From assembly GCA_963805085.1 (NCBI GenBank), contig CAWDTA010000005.1:640001-704000 (forward strand): DNA of 64,000 nt. The letters are read 5' to 3'. The notes beneath the pieces were generated by a model. That model saw nothing but the letters and a program-made list of their open reading frames with translations, did not search any database and was not told the DNA's origin. The translations under genes and the position numbers were made by a program. Below are positions 44,438-55,362 of this stretch, piece after piece. Position 1 is the first letter of the stretch; each line of letters opens with the position of its first letter. The DNA is from an uncultured Veillonellaceae bacterium (lineage in GTDB: Bacteria > Bacillota > Negativicutes > JARBTT01).

Positions 44438-44465
44438 AAAGGCTTCCCTTCTGGGAAGCCTTTTT
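44438..44465 (+). terminator. Terminator of the tRNA cluster
   Basis: AAAGGCTTCCC-TTCT-GGGAAGCCTTTTT. Confidence 0.85.
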
Positions 44466-44707
44466 AGGTTCATTGACGGGATTTTGTGAGGTTTGAGCGT
44501 GCATAGTCCTTGCGTATCTGTATGATGTAATAAAAAGGGAGAACATAGTAATTGTTTAAAATAGCAGCCTGTCTTGAGGAATTTTGAACGATATCTTTAG
44601 ATGGATAGAAAATAGTCCTGCTTTAATAAAAAGATAGAAGCTGATAATAAAAGGCTAGGAAGATGATCAGAATCATTTTCCTAGCCTTTTTATATACTGT
44701 AAAACAT

Positions 44708-45163
44708 TTAATTTTCATACAGCCATTCAAATATCGCTGCATATATTTTGCTTTCTACAGAGTCGGCGCTTACGACTCCTTTTTCCTCATCGGGTATCGT
44801 GACGACTAAGTTGTTGTTCGAATCAAAAAAACGATAATTTTTCGAAATTACAGTTTTAGTTGCTTGATTATATACAGTAGCGGAAATGCTGTATGTAATC
44901 TTGTTCCAGCTGGTAGTATCGTAGCTATCTTTGTACTTGCCTATTAGTTCTTGCAACCTAGTTTTTGATACTTCCACTTTTAAATCGGCGTTTATAATAT
45001 CGGAAGAACCGATTGTTTTTACGGTGTTTGTGTCGAAATAAAATGATGTGACGTCGTTTTTGTAGGCTAATTGCCAATTTGGCTGTGCGTTTTGTGCTGC
45101 GACGATCGTGCAGCACAACATAAATGCAAGCACGAATATAGGGGTTAGAAATTTCAGTTTCAT
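44708..45163 (-). CDS. Hypothetical exported protein
   Basis: AAGGAG RBS, signal peptide, W.....D..FYFDTNTV pattern reminiscent of surface-adhesin-E-like proteins. Confidence 0.7.
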   Translation of the reverse strand: MKLKFLTPIFVLAFMLCCTIVAAQNAQPNWQLAYKNDVTSFYFDTNTVKTIGSSDIINADLKVEVSKTRLQELIGKYKDSYDTTSWNKITYSISATVYNQATKTVISKNYRFFDSNNNLVVTIPDEEKGVVSADSVESKIYAAIFEWLYEN

Positions 45164-45258
45164 ATATGTATGCTCCTTTAGTTAGTATTCAATTTCAGCG
45201 ACTTTTTGGCGCTTGGTTTAAGATTGACTTTGTTAATTTGCTTTAAATAAGGTGGTGT

Positions 45259-45906
45259 TTATTTGTTATCCTGTTCAATCGGGAATGGAGCGGTGACTGG
45301 AAACAGAAGGTTTTCGATATCTGCCTTTAAAATAGTCACAGCTGTGGAAATTTCACCTTTTTCGAGATAGTCAACTACAGCTAGATGTAGATCCATGGAT
45401 GCAAAATGTTTTTTATGTACGAAAAAAATCGTTTGGATGTTTAGGGCGTCTTCGAGAAGGTTATAAGCATAATGGTTTCCGTAAATAGAGAATAATTTCA
45501 GATGGAATTGACAGTTGTAGTGCCAGTGTGCCATGAAATCATTGTCTGGGCAGGCGGTGTAGTCTTCACAGATTGTTCGCAGTTCTTTGATCCAAGCTGC
45601 ATCAATATAGGAACAATAACTTTCTAAAAAAGAAGATTCCAAGGTGGAACGAAATTTAATAATTTCCAACAATTGCTGTCGACTCGGTTGAAGAATTTTA
45701 TATCCTTGTCTAGGGATACTTGATAAGATATGGGTTCCGGTCAATTGCGTGAGTGCTTCTCGTATAGGGGCACGACTAACTTGATATTTTTCCATCAAAA
45801 ATTTTTCGGTCAGAATAATATCGACAGGATATACTCCGTTGATGATATCAGAAAATAAGGCATTATAAACTTGATTCTTTAAGGTGTTAAGGTTGTGCTT
45901 TTCCAT
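45259..45906 (-). CDS. GntR-family regulator (FCD effector domain)
   Basis: DIINGVYP..LTE..L..YQVSRAPIREAL; N..FH..L. Confidence 0.9.
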   Translation of the reverse strand: MEKHNLNTLKNQVYNALFSDIINGVYPVDIILTEKFLMEKYQVSRAPIREALTQLTGTHILSSIPRQGYKILQPSRQQLLEIIKFRSTLESSFLESYCSYIDAAWIKELRTICEDYTACPDNDFMAHWHYNCQFHLKLFSIYGNHYAYNLLEDALNIQTIFFVHKKHFASMDLHLAVVDYLEKGEISTAVTILKADIENLLFPVTAPFPIEQDNK

Positions 45907-46009
45907 AAAAATATCTCCTTACATTGTTGCCCAATTATACCTGAAAAAGCAAGGAGAGTCAATATGAAGAGAGTAGAACCGCCTGAATAGTAGATGTAAG
46001 TAATACTTG

Positions 46010-46148
46010 TAATCATATCACGAAATCAGAAATAATCTTTTTGTTTTATAAAAATGTAATCTTTTTGCTTTAAATGTCATACTTTAAAAGAATACAGTGT
46101 ACAAATGCAGACACATATTGCTTGTTTATAACCATCGTGATATGATTA
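46010..46148. repeat. 14-bp perfect inverted repeat pair in the divergent promoter region
   Basis: TAATCATATCACGA (46010-46023) and TCGTGATATGATTA (46135-46148). Confidence 0.85.
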
Positions 46149-46261
46149 GGACAAGTAAAATAGTGTAGTTATAAATGAATAAAAATGCTTTGTACTAGTA
46201 ATTGCAAGCATCTATACAATTATTTTGTGATCATATTATAAAGAAATGAGGAGAAGAAGAT

Positions 46262-46768
46262 ATGATTGGTAACAAAACTACAATTAAAGATGATTCGGTA
46301 ACGGACATTCAAAGAGGGGCAATCGGTCATCGTGCAATTTGGACAGGTCTGACTTATACAAAAGCTAGAGAAGCTGGTATGGCAGAAGCAATAGAAAAAA
46401 TTATTCGTGAGGCAATTGTGGAAACTGGTAGGATTCAAGGAGCTGAGATCAAGGCAGAATGCCAAAATCCAGAAAGTGTTAAGTGCTTTGCTGAAACTTT
46501 CTTGACACCGAATGTTGTAAAGACTTTTGAAATTGAATTTAAGAAAAAAAGTGAAGACAGAGTGGATATGGAGTTTCATCACTGTCCATTGTTGAAAGGA
46601 TGGCAAGACTTGGGGTTTGATGATGCAACTTGCGAGAAATTATGTGATATGGCTATGGATGGTGATAGAAATATTGCTAAGGCTATGGGTTTTGAATTTC
46701 ACTTGGGTGATACGATTGCAAACGGATGTAAGAGCTGCCAGATTGCCTTTTTCAAAGTAGGTAAGTGA
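46262..46768 (+). CDS. L-2-amino-thiazoline-4-carboxylate (ATC) hydrolase-family protein
   Basis: FHHCPL..GW, LCD.AM.GD, TIA.G...C Cys pattern. Confidence 0.75.
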   Translation: MIGNKTTIKDDSVTDIQRGAIGHRAIWTGLTYTKAREAGMAEAIEKIIREAIVETGRIQGAEIKAECQNPESVKCFAETFLTPNVVKTFEIEFKKKSEDRVDMEFHHCPLLKGWQDLGFDDATCEKLCDMAMDGDRNIAKAMGFEFHLGDTIANGCKSCQIAFFKVGK

Positions 46769-46797
46769 TCAAGCGTTGACAAAAGGAGAAAAATTCA

Positions 46798-48060
46798 ATG
46801 GATAAGATTCAATATGACAATTATATTAAGATATTAAAGGGTGAACTGATTCCAGCCATGGGATGCACAGAACCGATTGCCATAGCGTTTACTGCTGCAA
46901 AAGCGAGAGAGGTGCTTGGACAGACGCCTGAACGTATGGTTGTTCGCTGTAGCGGCAATATCATCAAAAATGTAAAGGGCGTTGTCGTGCCTAATTCTGG
47001 CGGACAAAAAGGCGTTGAAGTGGCAGCGATCTTAGGTGCTGTCGCAGGAAAGGCAGAACTAGAACTTCAGGTTATCAGTCAAGTAAAACAGGAAGATATC
47101 GAGCGGACGAAAACACTATACAACCAAGGCATTTGTAGATGTGAACTGGAAAAGGGAGAGGAAAATCTTTTCATACGCGCAGAATTGACCGCCGGAAAAG
47201 AAATGGCTGCTGTGGAGGTTAGAATTAAGCATAACCACATTGCTAGAATTGAGAAAAATGGTCAAGTATTGTTTGAGCAACCGGATATTGCAACACAAGA
47301 AGATGGAGATAAATCAAAGCTCAATATCAAGGATATTCTTCAGTTTGCTAATGAAGTAAATATAAAGGACGTAGCAGAAATAATCAGTAGGCAGATTAAA
47401 TATAATTCCGCCATATCTGAAGAAGGGTTGTCTAATAAATGGAGTGCTCAGGTAGGCTTGACTCTCTTACAATCCGGCACTGATGTACGGATCAGAGCAA
47501 GAGCAGCTGCCGCAGCAGGGTCTGATGCGAGAATGAGTGGCTGTGCGCTTCCTGTAGTCATCAATTCAGGAAGTGGTAACCAAGGAATCACCTGTACTAT
47601 GCCGGTAATTGTTTATGCTAAAGAACTGAATTCTGATGAAGATACCATTTATCGGGCCCTTGTTCTAACCAATCTTTTGTCCCTACATCAAAAACGTTAT
47701 ATTGGAAACCTGTCTGCGTATTGTGGAGCTGTATCCGCTGGAGCAGCAGCAGCTTGTGGTATTGCCTATCTGCATGGTGCTGATTATGATATCATTGGCA
47801 AGACACTTATCAATGCTTTGGGGAATGTCGGTGGCATTGTATGCGATGGAGCGAAGGCTTCTTGTGCCGCAAAGATTTCCAGTGCCGTAGATGCAGGAAT
47901 CATGGGGTATGAAATGGCAAGTCGCGACTTGGTTTTTCCTTTTGGAGAAGGTCTTGTAGAAAAAAGTTATGAAAAAACAATCCAAAACATCGGGCGTGTA
48001 GGTCGTGATGGCATGAAATCTACTGATCTAGAAGTGCTTAATATCATGATAGGAAAATGA
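46798..48060 (+). CDS. L-cysteine desulfidase-like protein (CdsB/YhaM, UPF0597)
   Basis: PAMGCTEP, AGSDARMSG, NSGSGNQG, LSAYCG, CDGAK.SCA.K. Confidence 0.88.
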   Translation: MDKIQYDNYIKILKGELIPAMGCTEPIAIAFTAAKAREVLGQTPERMVVRCSGNIIKNVKGVVVPNSGGQKGVEVAAILGAVAGKAELELQVISQVKQEDIERTKTLYNQGICRCELEKGEENLFIRAELTAGKEMAAVEVRIKHNHIARIEKNGQVLFEQPDIATQEDGDKSKLNIKDILQFANEVNIKDVAEIISRQIKYNSAISEEGLSNKWSAQVGLTLLQSGTDVRIRARAAAAAGSDARMSGCALPVVINSGSGNQGITCTMPVIVYAKELNSDEDTIYRALVLTNLLSLHQKRYIGNLSAYCGAVSAGAAAACGIAYLHGADYDIIGKTLINALGNVGGIVCDGAKASCAAKISSAVDAGIMGYEMASRDLVFPFGEGLVEKSYEKTIQNIGRVGRDGMKSTDLEVLNIMIGK

Positions 48061-48340
48061 TGCTGATATTTTGAGTAGTAGCCTGAGTATATGTTTGTTT
48101 TGATGTAAAAAAGCCGTTTTTCACACCTGTTCTCTAAAACGGCTTTTAAATTTTAGAAAAATAATAGGTGTTAATAAAATATTTATCTTCAAGGGAGAAG
48201 GAGCTAGGATAGTATCCGTTTTAACAGACGAATCTAAACCAAGCAGTTGGATAAGATTCATTAAAAACTGAATATTTAGAATTATCGGCAAATTAAATAG
48301 AAATTAGCTTGTCTAGATTAAATAATAAGGAGTGGTAAAA

Positions 48341-49432
48341 ATGGAAAAAGAATCAATTAGTCTTAAAAAAGTAGTACTTCTTGCAGGTGCATTGTGTGCC
48401 TATTGGATTGGGTCTGGATTTGCAACCGGACAAGAGGTTTTGCAATTTTTCACAACAAGTGGCACAAATGGTATTATAGCAGCATTGATTTTTCTAGTGT
48501 TGATGAGTTATCTAACGTATGCATTATATGGAATAGGTCAAAAAAAGAAATTTGAAAATCCATATGATGTTTTTGAGTATTATTGCGGTAAAGTGATCGG
48601 TCAAGTTTATGTATGGTATAGTGTTTTGTTGGTCTATGCTATATTTGTAGTTATGCTTGCAGGTGGTGGTGCAACGATTCAGCAATATTATGGAATACCA
48701 GCATATATAGGCACCGGGGGGATTGCGCTTTTGGCATTGGGGACAACATTACTAGGAGTGGAAAAGGTTATCGACATAATAGGTGTTATCGGACCTGTTA
48801 AGATTATATTCGTGGCAATTGTAGGAATCGCGGGGATCATTACTCTTCTTGGACAGCCAACGTTATTGTCGGAAGCTAGCAATCTTATGCCGACGTTAGG
48901 GTTTAAATCGGCTTCTTCAAATTGGGCTTGGTCAGGAGCGCTATATGCCTTTCTTGCACTTATGGTTAGTATACCGTTTCAGGTTGATTGTGGAGCGTCG
49001 GCAGGAAGTGTAAAAGAAGCAAGAATTGCAGGTTTTGTTGGAACTGTTGCTTTTACTATTGCAATTATTTCACTTGTAATAGGTGAACTTGTTTATTATA
49101 AATTGATTGTTGGTCAACAAGTTCCTACGTTAGCTATTGCGAATCACATATCTCCTATGTTGGGATTGGTTTTTTCAGTGTTAATCGTACTGTCGATCTA
49201 TTCAGCTGTGGCTTCATTTCTTTTAATGACAGTTAGAAAGTTTGCTGCTGATAAAACTAGAAAATTTAAAATCATTGCAATAATCCTTACTGTTATTGGA
49301 ATGTTTTTTGGTGGGGTAATTCCTTTTGATAAATTGGTCAATATTTTATATCCTATAGCAGGCTATTCTGCTATTGTTTTCACAGGTTTTATGATATATA
49401 AAGATTTAAAAGAGAAGAATGAAAAAGCATAA
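48341..49432 (+). CDS. YkvI-like membrane transporter
   Basis: IGSGFATGQEVLQFF, about 10 TM segments, LVNILYPIAGY. Confidence 0.85.
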   Translation: MEKESISLKKVVLLAGALCAYWIGSGFATGQEVLQFFTTSGTNGIIAALIFLVLMSYLTYALYGIGQKKKFENPYDVFEYYCGKVIGQVYVWYSVLLVYAIFVVMLAGGGATIQQYYGIPAYIGTGGIALLALGTTLLGVEKVIDIIGVIGPVKIIFVAIVGIAGIITLLGQPTLLSEASNLMPTLGFKSASSNWAWSGALYAFLALMVSIPFQVDCGASAGSVKEARIAGFVGTVAFTIAIISLVIGELVYYKLIVGQQVPTLAIANHISPMLGLVFSVLIVLSIYSAVASFLLMTVRKFAADKTRKFKIIAIILTVIGMFFGGVIPFDKLVNILYPIAGYSAIVFTGFMIYKDLKEKNEKA

Positions 49433-49729
49433 CAAATTTAAATTTAGTTTTATATAGGGAGCCAATGATGATTGACTCGACAAATTAGAATGTGATAAAG
49501 AAACTTTATTTCTCAGTGTCAATGCCCGTCTGATTTTTTAAGGCGGGGTTCTTTTTTATAATTGACAAATTTTCTAATAAGTGCTATTATGAATACCGTG
49601 AACAATGATGTGGCTACTAGAAAGTAGTAGCGTCGTAAATGCAAAAATCAAAAATCCAGTATCGAAATTAATTCTATGTGAATTATTTTGTTCCGATCAT
49701 CGGTGAAGAGCAAAATTTATATAATGAAT

Positions 49730-49805
<76 letters not shown>

Positions 49806-49882
49806 TAAGTCATTGATAATGCAAAGCAGATGCTTTGCATTTTTTAATATAGCTTTCTAAATTTGTGTTTGGAGGTGTTAAT

Positions 49883-50572
49883 GTGAAGTTGGGAGCGAGG
49901 CTAAAAACGTTAGCAAGCTTTATTGAAAAAGGTGATATCGTCGCTGATATCGGTACGGATCACGCTTATTTACCTATTTATTTAGCAAGGCAAAAAATTG
50001 TTTCACGTGCTTTGGCTTGTGATGTGCATCGTGGCCCTTATCAGGCGGCAAAACAAGCAGTCGTCAATGCCAATTTGGCGGGGGTGATTGAAGTGCGCTT
50101 CGGTGATGGTATCACCATTATCGAGCCAGGAGAGGCTGACGTGGTAACGATTGCTGGTATGGGCGGAACGACGATTATTGATATTTTAAGTAAACGTTCA
50201 GAAACAACAGTTAGTTTGAAAGGCTTAATTTTGCAGCCAATGAATGCAGCAGCGATTCTACGTGAATGGCTAATAGCACACGGGTGGCAGATCGTCGATG
50301 AAGAGCTTGTAGTGGATGATGGGCGCTTATATGAAGTGATTTATGCAAAACAAGGTCATAGCACTATGCCGGAACCTGTTTTATTAGATATTGGTGCAAA
50401 GTTATGGGAAAAGCGTCATCCATTGTTAAAAGAACATATCGAGAGTCTCATCAGACAAACGAATCGTGCTTTACGTGGCATGGAAAATAGTGAATCCGCA
50501 GAAACAGCACCGAGGTATCAAGAGTTCAAAGAAAAAATCGCGAAATTGGAGGCGAAACTAGCATGCCTGTAA
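49883..50572 (+). CDS. trmK: tRNA m1A22 methyltransferase
   Basis: ADIGTDHAYLP, IAGMGG, LILQP. Confidence 0.95.
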   Translation: MKLGARLKTLASFIEKGDIVADIGTDHAYLPIYLARQKIVSRALACDVHRGPYQAAKQAVVNANLAGVIEVRFGDGITIIEPGEADVVTIAGMGGTTIIDILSKRSETTVSLKGLILQPMNAAAILREWLIAHGWQIVDEELVVDDGRLYEVIYAKQGHSTMPEPVLLDIGAKLWEKRHPLLKEHIESLIRQTNRALRGMENSESAETAPRYQEFKEKIAKLEAKLACL

Positions 50573-51681
50573 AATGTCAGGTTATTATGGATGCAATGGA
50601 AACATTAGCGCCACGTTATTTAGCAGAAAGTTGGGATAATGTTGGATTGCTTGTTGGTAGCCCAGCGCAAACTATCGCTAAGCTTATGATTTGCCTTGAT
50701 GTGAGTGAAGCGATTGTTCAGCGTGCGATAGCGCAGCAGGTGGATATGATTATTTCTCATCATCCGTTGATCTTTAAACCATTTAGAAGTTTACGGACAG
50801 ATTTAGCGCAAGGAAGGCTGCTTGCTGAATTACTGAAAGCAAATATTGCAGTGTATGCCGCGCATACCAATTTAGATACGGCTACTGGTGGGGTAAATGA
50901 TGTATTAGCACAAAAATTAAACTTACATAAAATTGAACCGTTAACCATAAGCTATCAAGAAGAGTTAGTAAAGTTAGTTGTTTTTGTACCGATAGAGTAT
51001 GCTAGTTTAGTGCAAGAGGCGATTGGCAAGGCTGGCGCAGGACATATCGGCAATTATAGTCATTGTAGTTTTCAAGTTGCTGGCAAGGGAAGCTTTCTAC
51101 CTTTGCAAGGAACTAAGCCATTTATTGGGAAACAAGGTGAACTGGAAAGTGTTGGTGAAGTTCGTATCGAAACGATTATGCCACAAAAAATAATCAATAA
51201 AGTAGTAAAGGCGATGTTGAAAGTACATCCCTATGAAGAAGTCGCCTATGATCTCTATCCGTTGAAAAACACGGGAGAAAAAAATGGTCTTGGTCGTATT
51301 GGGCAATTGGAAGAACCAATGCAAGCAGAAGAGTTCGCGAATAAAGCAAAACTTGCTTTGGATATTGCCCATGTTCGTCTTGTTGGTGAAAAACATAAAA
51401 TGATTAAAAAAGTTGCTTTATGTAGTGGCAGTGGTGCCGAATTTATTGGCAAAGCGGCTTATGCTGGTGCTGATATCTTGGTAACCGGTGACGTCAAATA
51501 TCATGAAGCGCAAAAAGCATTGGAATGTGGGATTGATCTGTTAGATGCAGGGCATTTTGGTACAGAAATGCCCATAGTAAAAACAGTTGCTGAGTATTTA
51601 GAGCAGTGCAATGCCCAAAAAAAATGGAATGTTGATATTTCCTATGATACGCTCAGTAAAGATCTATTTACTATTATTTAG
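50563..51681 (+). CDS. Nif3-like dinuclear metal-centre protein (with PII-like insert)
   Basis: WDNVGL, HHPLIF, HTNLD, HPYEEVAYD, GHFGTE. Confidence 0.95.
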   Translation: MPVKCQVIMDAMETLAPRYLAESWDNVGLLVGSPAQTIAKLMICLDVSEAIVQRAIAQQVDMIISHHPLIFKPFRSLRTDLAQGRLLAELLKANIAVYAAHTNLDTATGGVNDVLAQKLNLHKIEPLTISYQEELVKLVVFVPIEYASLVQEAIGKAGAGHIGNYSHCSFQVAGKGSFLPLQGTKPFIGKQGELESVGEVRIETIMPQKIINKVVKAMLKVHPYEEVAYDLYPLKNTGEKNGLGRIGQLEEPMQAEEFANKAKLALDIAHVRLVGEKHKMIKKVALCSGSGAEFIGKAAYAGADILVTGDVKYHEAQKALECGIDLLDAGHFGTEMPIVKTVAEYLEQCNAQKKWNVDISYDTLSKDLFTII

Positions 51682-51751
51682 TAGAATAAAGGTTGACGGT
51701 TTTATATGGGGGGTATAAAATAAAGCTGTTACATCATATAAAAATAAATAT

Positions 51752-51843
51752 ATTGCAAGGGAGCTCATGTTATGGGCTGAGAGTGGACTGTAAGTACCTG
51801 ACCTTTAAACCTGATCGGGATAATGCCCGCGTAGGAAGCTAGG
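51752..51843 (+). promoter_or_regulatory. TPP riboswitch
   Basis: GGGAGC...GCTGAGA...ACCTGATC.GGATAATGCC.GCGTAGGAA upstream of the thi operon. Confidence 0.95.
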
Positions 51844-51925
51844 GATAAGTGCGCCTAAACCTATACGGGAGGCGTAATTTTTTTGCCTTCCTTTCAGGCA
51901 ATATATGAAAACTGGAGGAAGGCAA

Positions 51926-52126
51926 ATGGAGATATCAGTAAATGGGAAGCCTGTAAAAATTGAAATTGCGATGAATTTAGCGCAATTTATTCAAAGCCGC
52001 GGTTTTAAACCGCAAACAGTGGTTATTGAGTATAATGGGGAAATTGTCAAAGCGCAGACGTGGGAAGGCATTGCTTTAAAACCACATGATCGCTTAGAAA
52101 TAGTTACATTTGTTGGAGGCGGCTGA
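51926..52126 (+). CDS. thiS: Sulfur carrier ThiS
   Basis: VNG, EYNGEIV, C-terminal FVGGG. Confidence 0.95.
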   Translation: MEISVNGKPVKIEIAMNLAQFIQSRGFKPQTVVIEYNGEIVKAQTWEGIALKPHDRLEIVTFVGGG

Positions 52127-52127
52127 A

Positions 52128-52901
52128 ATGAATGATAGATTAAAAATAGGCAATCAAGAATTAACCAGTAGACTTTTCTTAGGTACGGGTAAATTTTCAT
52201 CAAATAAAATTATGCCAGCGGCAATCGCCGCAGCAAAAGCACAAGTGATCACCGTAGCGCTTCGTCGTGCTGATCAGGCGTATCCAGAAGAAAATATTTT
52301 AAATTTTATTCCGAAAGATTGTATTTTGATGCCAAATACGTCAGGAGCAAGAAATGGTGAAGAAGCAGTGCGGATTGCACGTATGTCGAGAGCAATGGGA
52401 TGCGGCGATTGGATCAAGATTGAAGTTATTTCTGACAATCGTTATCTATTACCAGATAACCAAGAAACCATCAAAGCAACACAAATATTAGCAGCCGAAG
52501 GGTTTGTCGTGTTGCCGTATATGAGTCCTGATTTAATGAGTGCAAAACGTCTAGTAGAGGCTGGGGCGGCAGCAGTAATGCCACTTGGTGCGCCAATTGG
52601 TAGTAACCGGGGATTGCAAACCAAAGAAATCATTCGCATCTTAATTGAAGAAATTGAATTGCCGATCATTGTTGATGCAGGGATTGGTAAACCCTCAGAA
52701 GCTGTAGAGGCAATGGAAATGGGTGCAGCAGCCGTATTGGTGAATACTGCAGTGGCAACGGCAAATGATCCTGTAGCTATGGCAGGCGCTTTTGATTTGG
52801 CGGTAAGAGCTGGTCGACAAGCCTATTTGGCAGGGCTCGGTAGGGTTATTCAAAGTAATGCGAGCGCGTCTTCCCCATTGACGGGATTCTTGCATGAGTA
52901 G
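52128..52901 (+). CDS. thiG: Thiazole synthase
   Basis: [30 protein letters not shown]. Confidence 0.97.
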   Translation: MNDRLKIGNQELTSRLFLGTGKFSSNKIMPAAIAAAKAQVITVALRRADQAYPEENILNFIPKDCILMPNTSGARNGEEAVRIARMSRAMGCGDWIKIEVISDNRYLLPDNQETIKATQILAAEGFVVLPYMSPDLMSAKRLVEAGAAAVMPLGAPIGSNRGLQTKEIIRILIEEIELPIIVDAGIGKPSEAVEAMEMGAAAVLVNTAVATANDPVAMAGAFDLAVRAGRQAYLAGLGRVIQSNASASSPLTGFLHE

Positions 52902-52913
52902 GGGGCGTACACA

Positions 52914-54017
52914 TTGAAATTTATCGATGAATTAGAAAAATATAGCAAGTTAGATTATGAAGCTTATTTTCGTAAAATTACCGATGATGATATTATTAAC
53001 GTTTTAAATAAAACTTCTATAAATCGTTTGGATTATTTGACGTTGTTATCACCACTGGCTGAAAATCATTTAGAAGCTATAGCTAAAAGAGCCAATCGAG
53101 ACACTATACGGAATTTTGGCCGCGTAATGCAGCTTTTTACCCCTATGTATATTGCCAATTATTGCATCAATCAATGTGTATATTGCGGGTTTAATCACGA
53201 AAATAAATTGAAACGGGTTAAGCTAAGCATGGAGGAAATCAAGGCAGAAGGCAAATTGATTGCTGAAACTGGACTAAAGCATGTGCTTATTTTAACTGGT
53301 GAATCACAGGAGCATAGTTCGCCTGACTATATTTTACAAGCTGTAGAAAATTTAAAAAGTTTTTTTACGAGCATTAGTATCGAAATTTATTCTTTGGAAG
53401 AAGCGGAATATAAGCATGCTGTAGAAGCTGGTGTCGATGGCATGACGATGTTCCAAGAAGTGTATGATGCGGATATTTATAAGGAGCTTCATTTAGCTGG
53501 ACCAAAAAGTAATTATGCGTTTCGTTTAGATGCGCCAGAGCGCGCTTGTCGAGCCGGTATGCGTACAGTGAATATTGGTGCACTTTTAGGCTTAAATGAC
53601 TGGCGGAAAGAAGCGTTTTTGACAGGTGTCCATGCTGACTATTTACAACGTAAATATAACGATGTTGAAATTGCAGTATCTACGCCAAGAATGCGTCCCT
53701 CTGTAGGTGGTTTTCCACCGCGCGTATTGGTCAAAGATATCAATATTGTGCAATATATCACGGCATATCGAATTTTCATGCCACGAAGTGGGATTACACT
53801 GTCTTCTAGGGAAAGTGCCAAACTGAGAAATCATTTAGCACATTTGGGTGTTACTAAAATGTCAGCGGGTGTAACAACGGCTGTCGGTGGACATAGTAAA
53901 GGGGGGGAAGTCAGCCAGTTTGACATATCTGATAGTCGTTCTGTTCGTGAGATGTCAGCTATGTTATATGGTGAAGGCTATCAGCCAATCTATAAAGATT
54001 GGCAGGCACTGGTATGA
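52914..54017 (+). CDS. thiH: 2-iminoacetate synthase
   Basis: [30 protein letters not shown]. Confidence 0.95.
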   Translation: MKFIDELEKYSKLDYEAYFRKITDDDIINVLNKTSINRLDYLTLLSPLAENHLEAIAKRANRDTIRNFGRVMQLFTPMYIANYCINQCVYCGFNHENKLKRVKLSMEEIKAEGKLIAETGLKHVLILTGESQEHSSPDYILQAVENLKSFFTSISIEIYSLEEAEYKHAVEAGVDGMTMFQEVYDADIYKELHLAGPKSNYAFRLDAPERACRAGMRTVNIGALLGLNDWRKEAFLTGVHADYLQRKYNDVEIAVSTPRMRPSVGGFPPRVLVKDINIVQYITAYRIFMPRSGITLSSRESAKLRNHLAHLGVTKMSAGVTTAVGGHSKGGEVSQFDISDSRSVREMSAMLYGEGYQPIYKDWQALV

Positions 54018-54619
54018 TGAATGCTTTTGAAGTTGGTTTAACACGGTATCTAAAGAATGAACAATTAGAAAAAATCCAGCATATCCATGTTGGCATTGCT
54101 GGGGCTGGTGGACTTGGCTCAAATTCTGCAATCATGCTAGTTAGAACGGGATTTAAAAAAATAACAGTGGTTGATTTTGATGAAGTTGACTCGAGTAATT
54201 TAAATCGGCAAAATTATTTTATGGATCAGGTAGGTGAAAGTAAAGTTTCTGCCTTAGCGAACACTTTGCGGAAGATAAATCCCGCAATTGAATTACAGAT
54301 TGTAAATGCTAAAATTACAAAAGACAATATTGCAGAAATCTTTTTCTCTTGTGATATAATAATAGAAGCGTTAGATACGCCAGCAGGTAAAACCTTAATT
54401 GTAGAAGAACTTGCTGGCAATAAACAACTGGTGGTTGCAGTCTCCGGGCTAGCTGGCTTTGGGAATAGTGATCGGATTAAAACGCATAAAATTAATGAGC
54501 ACTTTTATATTGTTGGCGATTTGGTAAGTGGAATTGATGCGTTGCCGCCACTTGCGCCTGGTGTGACAATAGCAGCAGCCAAACAAGTTGATCTTGTAGT
54601 AGAGTATGTATTGAAGTAA
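54014..54619 (+). CDS. thiF: ThiS adenylyltransferase
   Basis: GAGGLGS, DFD.V..SNLNRQ. Confidence 0.92.
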   Translation: MMNAFEVGLTRYLKNEQLEKIQHIHVGIAGAGGLGSNSAIMLVRTGFKKITVVDFDEVDSSNLNRQNYFMDQVGESKVSALANTLRKINPAIELQIVNAKITKDNIAEIFFSCDIIIEALDTPAGKTLIVEELAGNKQLVVAVSGLAGFGNSDRIKTHKINEHFYIVGDLVSGIDALPPLAPGVTIAAAKQVDLVVEYVLK

Positions 54620-54631
54620 AGGGTGAAGCGT

Positions 54632-55279
54632 ATGCGTAAACAAGCGATGGATAATTTTTTTACAACCAGTATTTATGCATTAACAGCAGAGGATTTATCA
54701 AAAGGTCGTAATAATATAGAAGTTGTCGATGAACTTATCAAAGCGGGAATTACCTTTTTGCAATATCGTGAAAAAGATAAAAAAGCCAAAGAAATGTATG
54801 AAGAATGCTTGGCTATTCGTGCAAAAACACGTGCGGCTGGGGTAACATTTATTGTGAACGACCATATTGATTTAGCAATCGCAGTGAAAGCAGATGGGGT
54901 TCACGTTGGCCAGGAGGATTTGCCTCCGCAAGTAGTACGTAAACTGATTGGTAATGATATGCTACTTGGTCTTTCTACACACAGTCCAGAACAAGTACGT
55001 TTAGCAGAGCTTTGTAGTGTAGTCGATTATATTGGCGTTGGGCCGGTGTTTGCAACCAAGACGAAAAAGGATGTATGCGATGCGGTCGGACTAGAGTTTG
55101 TTCGCTATGTTGCGACAAATAGCAATTTGCCATTTGTTGCAATTGGAGGAATTAAAGAACATAATATTGCTGAAGTTGCAAACGCTGGGGCGAAGACAAT
55201 TGCTGTTGTCTCTGATGTTGTTGGTGCAGATGATATAAAGGCAAAAGTTTATAGTTTGTGTAAGCATATGGAAGAATGA
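54632..55279 (+). CDS. thiE: Thiamine-phosphate synthase
   Basis: QYREK, VND, ADGVHVGQED, STHS, VAIGGI. Confidence 0.96.
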   Translation: MRKQAMDNFFTTSIYALTAEDLSKGRNNIEVVDELIKAGITFLQYREKDKKAKEMYEECLAIRAKTRAAGVTFIVNDHIDLAIAVKADGVHVGQEDLPPQVVRKLIGNDMLLGLSTHSPEQVRLAELCSVVDYIGVGPVFATKTKKDVCDAVGLEFVRYVATNSNLPFVAIGGIKEHNIAEVANAGAKTIAVVSDVVGADDIKAKVYSLCKHMEE

Positions 55280-55362
55280 GCTGGATAAAAGTGTTAGCTG
55301 TAATTACTTGACATAAGCTAATTGCAATGGTAGTATTATATCTTGTTTGAAGTTAATATTAC

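Noticed and set aside
44466-49527. CATTGAC / GTCAATG at the two ends of the islet as transposon inverted repeats
   Set aside because: Only 7 bp match, with no transposase and no target duplication seen.
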